From Magnetovibrio sp. (GTDB taxonomy: Bacteria; Pseudomonadota; Alphaproteobacteria; Rhodospirillales; Casp-alpha2), in NCBI GenBank assembly GCA_002690705.1, contig NZFO01000012.1:53230-117229 (forward strand): 64,000 nucleotides of DNA, written 5' to 3'. The number at the start of each line of letters is the position of its first letter. The first letter of the stretch is position 1. Both the position numbers and the translations under genes were made by a program. Positions 63,332 through 64,000 of this stretch are shown one piece after another. Under the pieces are notes generated by a model. That model saw only the letters and a list, made by a program, of their open reading frames with translations, was not told the DNA's origin and made no database searches.

Positions 63332-63716
63332 AATCAGAGAGCTTTACTACCCTTTAATATCCGCGGTTTTCATACCGAATAATATCGTATGTTCTTTGGT
63401 TATAAATTTAGTTTAGCTTTCTAACGCTAAGATTCTTAGTAAACAGGTGTGGACTACAAACAACGGCTATTTAACCATTTGGAGATACGAAAAATGTCGT
63501 GTTTACAATGACCATGCTGATTTTAAGGTTTAGTTGTGTTCATCTACCTTAATTCAAAAAAAAAATCAATTTTGTCTGTAATCACATGATAACGTTTTAA
63601 CTAAGCTTATTCACTCTCAATAATAAACAGTAAAGATTCGAAACAAGAACAGACGAACACTTAAAATCAAAATTGTACCAGTTTAATGTTCTACCCAATC
63701 AAAGTTATTTTACTCC

Positions 63717-63750
63717 CCAGATATGGGTTTTCTTCTGCGCAGACGTCTGG
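63717..63750. repeat. 34-nt repeat, copy 2
   Basis: See 62047-62080. It lies 53 nt upstream of module copy C. Confidence 0.7.
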
Positions 63751-63803
63751 TTGTCTTTGCCAATCATCGTTTTCAATATCACCTTCCACCATGATCAAAC
63801 CTC

Positions 63804-64000
63804 TCGCTTAATATGAGGAACGATTGTAACGTTGAACTCTTGATAGGGTGTAAGTTAAGCCACACAAAACCAAAGGCAGATTTCCAGCGAAATGGCAGCC
63901 AGCGTCGAAGTAGCGTCGAACTAAAAATACGATATTGAGTCTATTGGTGAATTAGGTCGGGTTTTATCGAGTGGGAGTAAAATATAAAAAATAAAATATT
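63804..64000 (+). repeat. copy C of the recurring intergenic module (cut by the window edge)
   Basis: 5' block CTTAATATGAGGAACGATTG (63807-63826); distal site AACGTTGAACT (63828-63838); tandem AGCGTCGAAGT/AGCGTCGAACT (63901-63922); TTGAGTCTATT (63935-63945); GAGTGGGAG (63969-63977). Confidence 0.85.

Noticed and set aside
62047-63794. 34-nt repeats as relics of WYL-gene 3' ends
   Set aside because: The plus-frame peptides (PDTDFRLRS..., PDMGFLLRRR...) resemble the WYL tail (PDWVGQLAIEKPDEF) only weakly. The minus frame is equally conserved, so the idea is too speculative to call.
59972-64000. Modules as integron attC sites / gene cassettes
   Set aside because: No intI integrase or attI was found in the window. 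The conserved blocks are direct, not the inverted R''-L''/L'-R' arrangement of attC. A GTTAGGC (GTTRRRY-like) match at 60173-60179 occurs only in copy A.

Overview
Alphaproteobacterial chromosome segment, judged from ccrM, the ihfB-sppA-rpsA-cmk-aroA order, the trpFBA-accD-folC order and etfBA-hbd. Positions 1 to about 50.9 kb are a tightly packed, mostly housekeeping core. It includes lysA, argH, a NaChBac-type channel, etfBA-hbd, ccrM, rnhB, ptrB, purC, ahcY, pepP, two acyl-CoA dehydrogenases with a MenB/BadI-like crotonase, folC, accD, trpABF, pyrF, ihfB, sppA, rpsA, cmk and aroA. The core also holds a few decayed loci: a proline-racemase-like and a PhyH-like pseudogene at 22.1-23.9 kb, and a roughly 700 bp ORF-less gap at 43.8-44.5 kb. 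From about 51 kb to the right edge the DNA is visibly AT-richer and mosaic. Spot counts are 19/60 G+C at 60181-60240 against 36/60 at 1321-1380. This part carries a pyruvate-kinase-like gene lacking the C domain, a TTL-like ATP-grasp, and a Cas4/RecB-like PD-(D/E)XK nuclease behind a secreted pentapeptide-repeat gene. It also carries type II NADH dehydrogenase, two truncated WYL-domain genes, a 27-nt tRNA-Ala 5' half, a transglutaminase-fold gene, a T5orf172 GIY-YIG gene, a DUF2628-like membrane gene and an MFS transporter. The island is crossed by partial paralogous duplications. It also contains a recurring 100-200 bp intergenic module in 5 copies, each with its own tandem 11-bp direct repeats that co-vary within a copy. 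I consider that module, and the 'WYL gene 3' end - module - cargo gene' layout, the most interesting signal. No rRNA, intact tRNA, CRISPR array, integrase or transposase was seen. All family calls come from motif recognition by eye; no searches were run.
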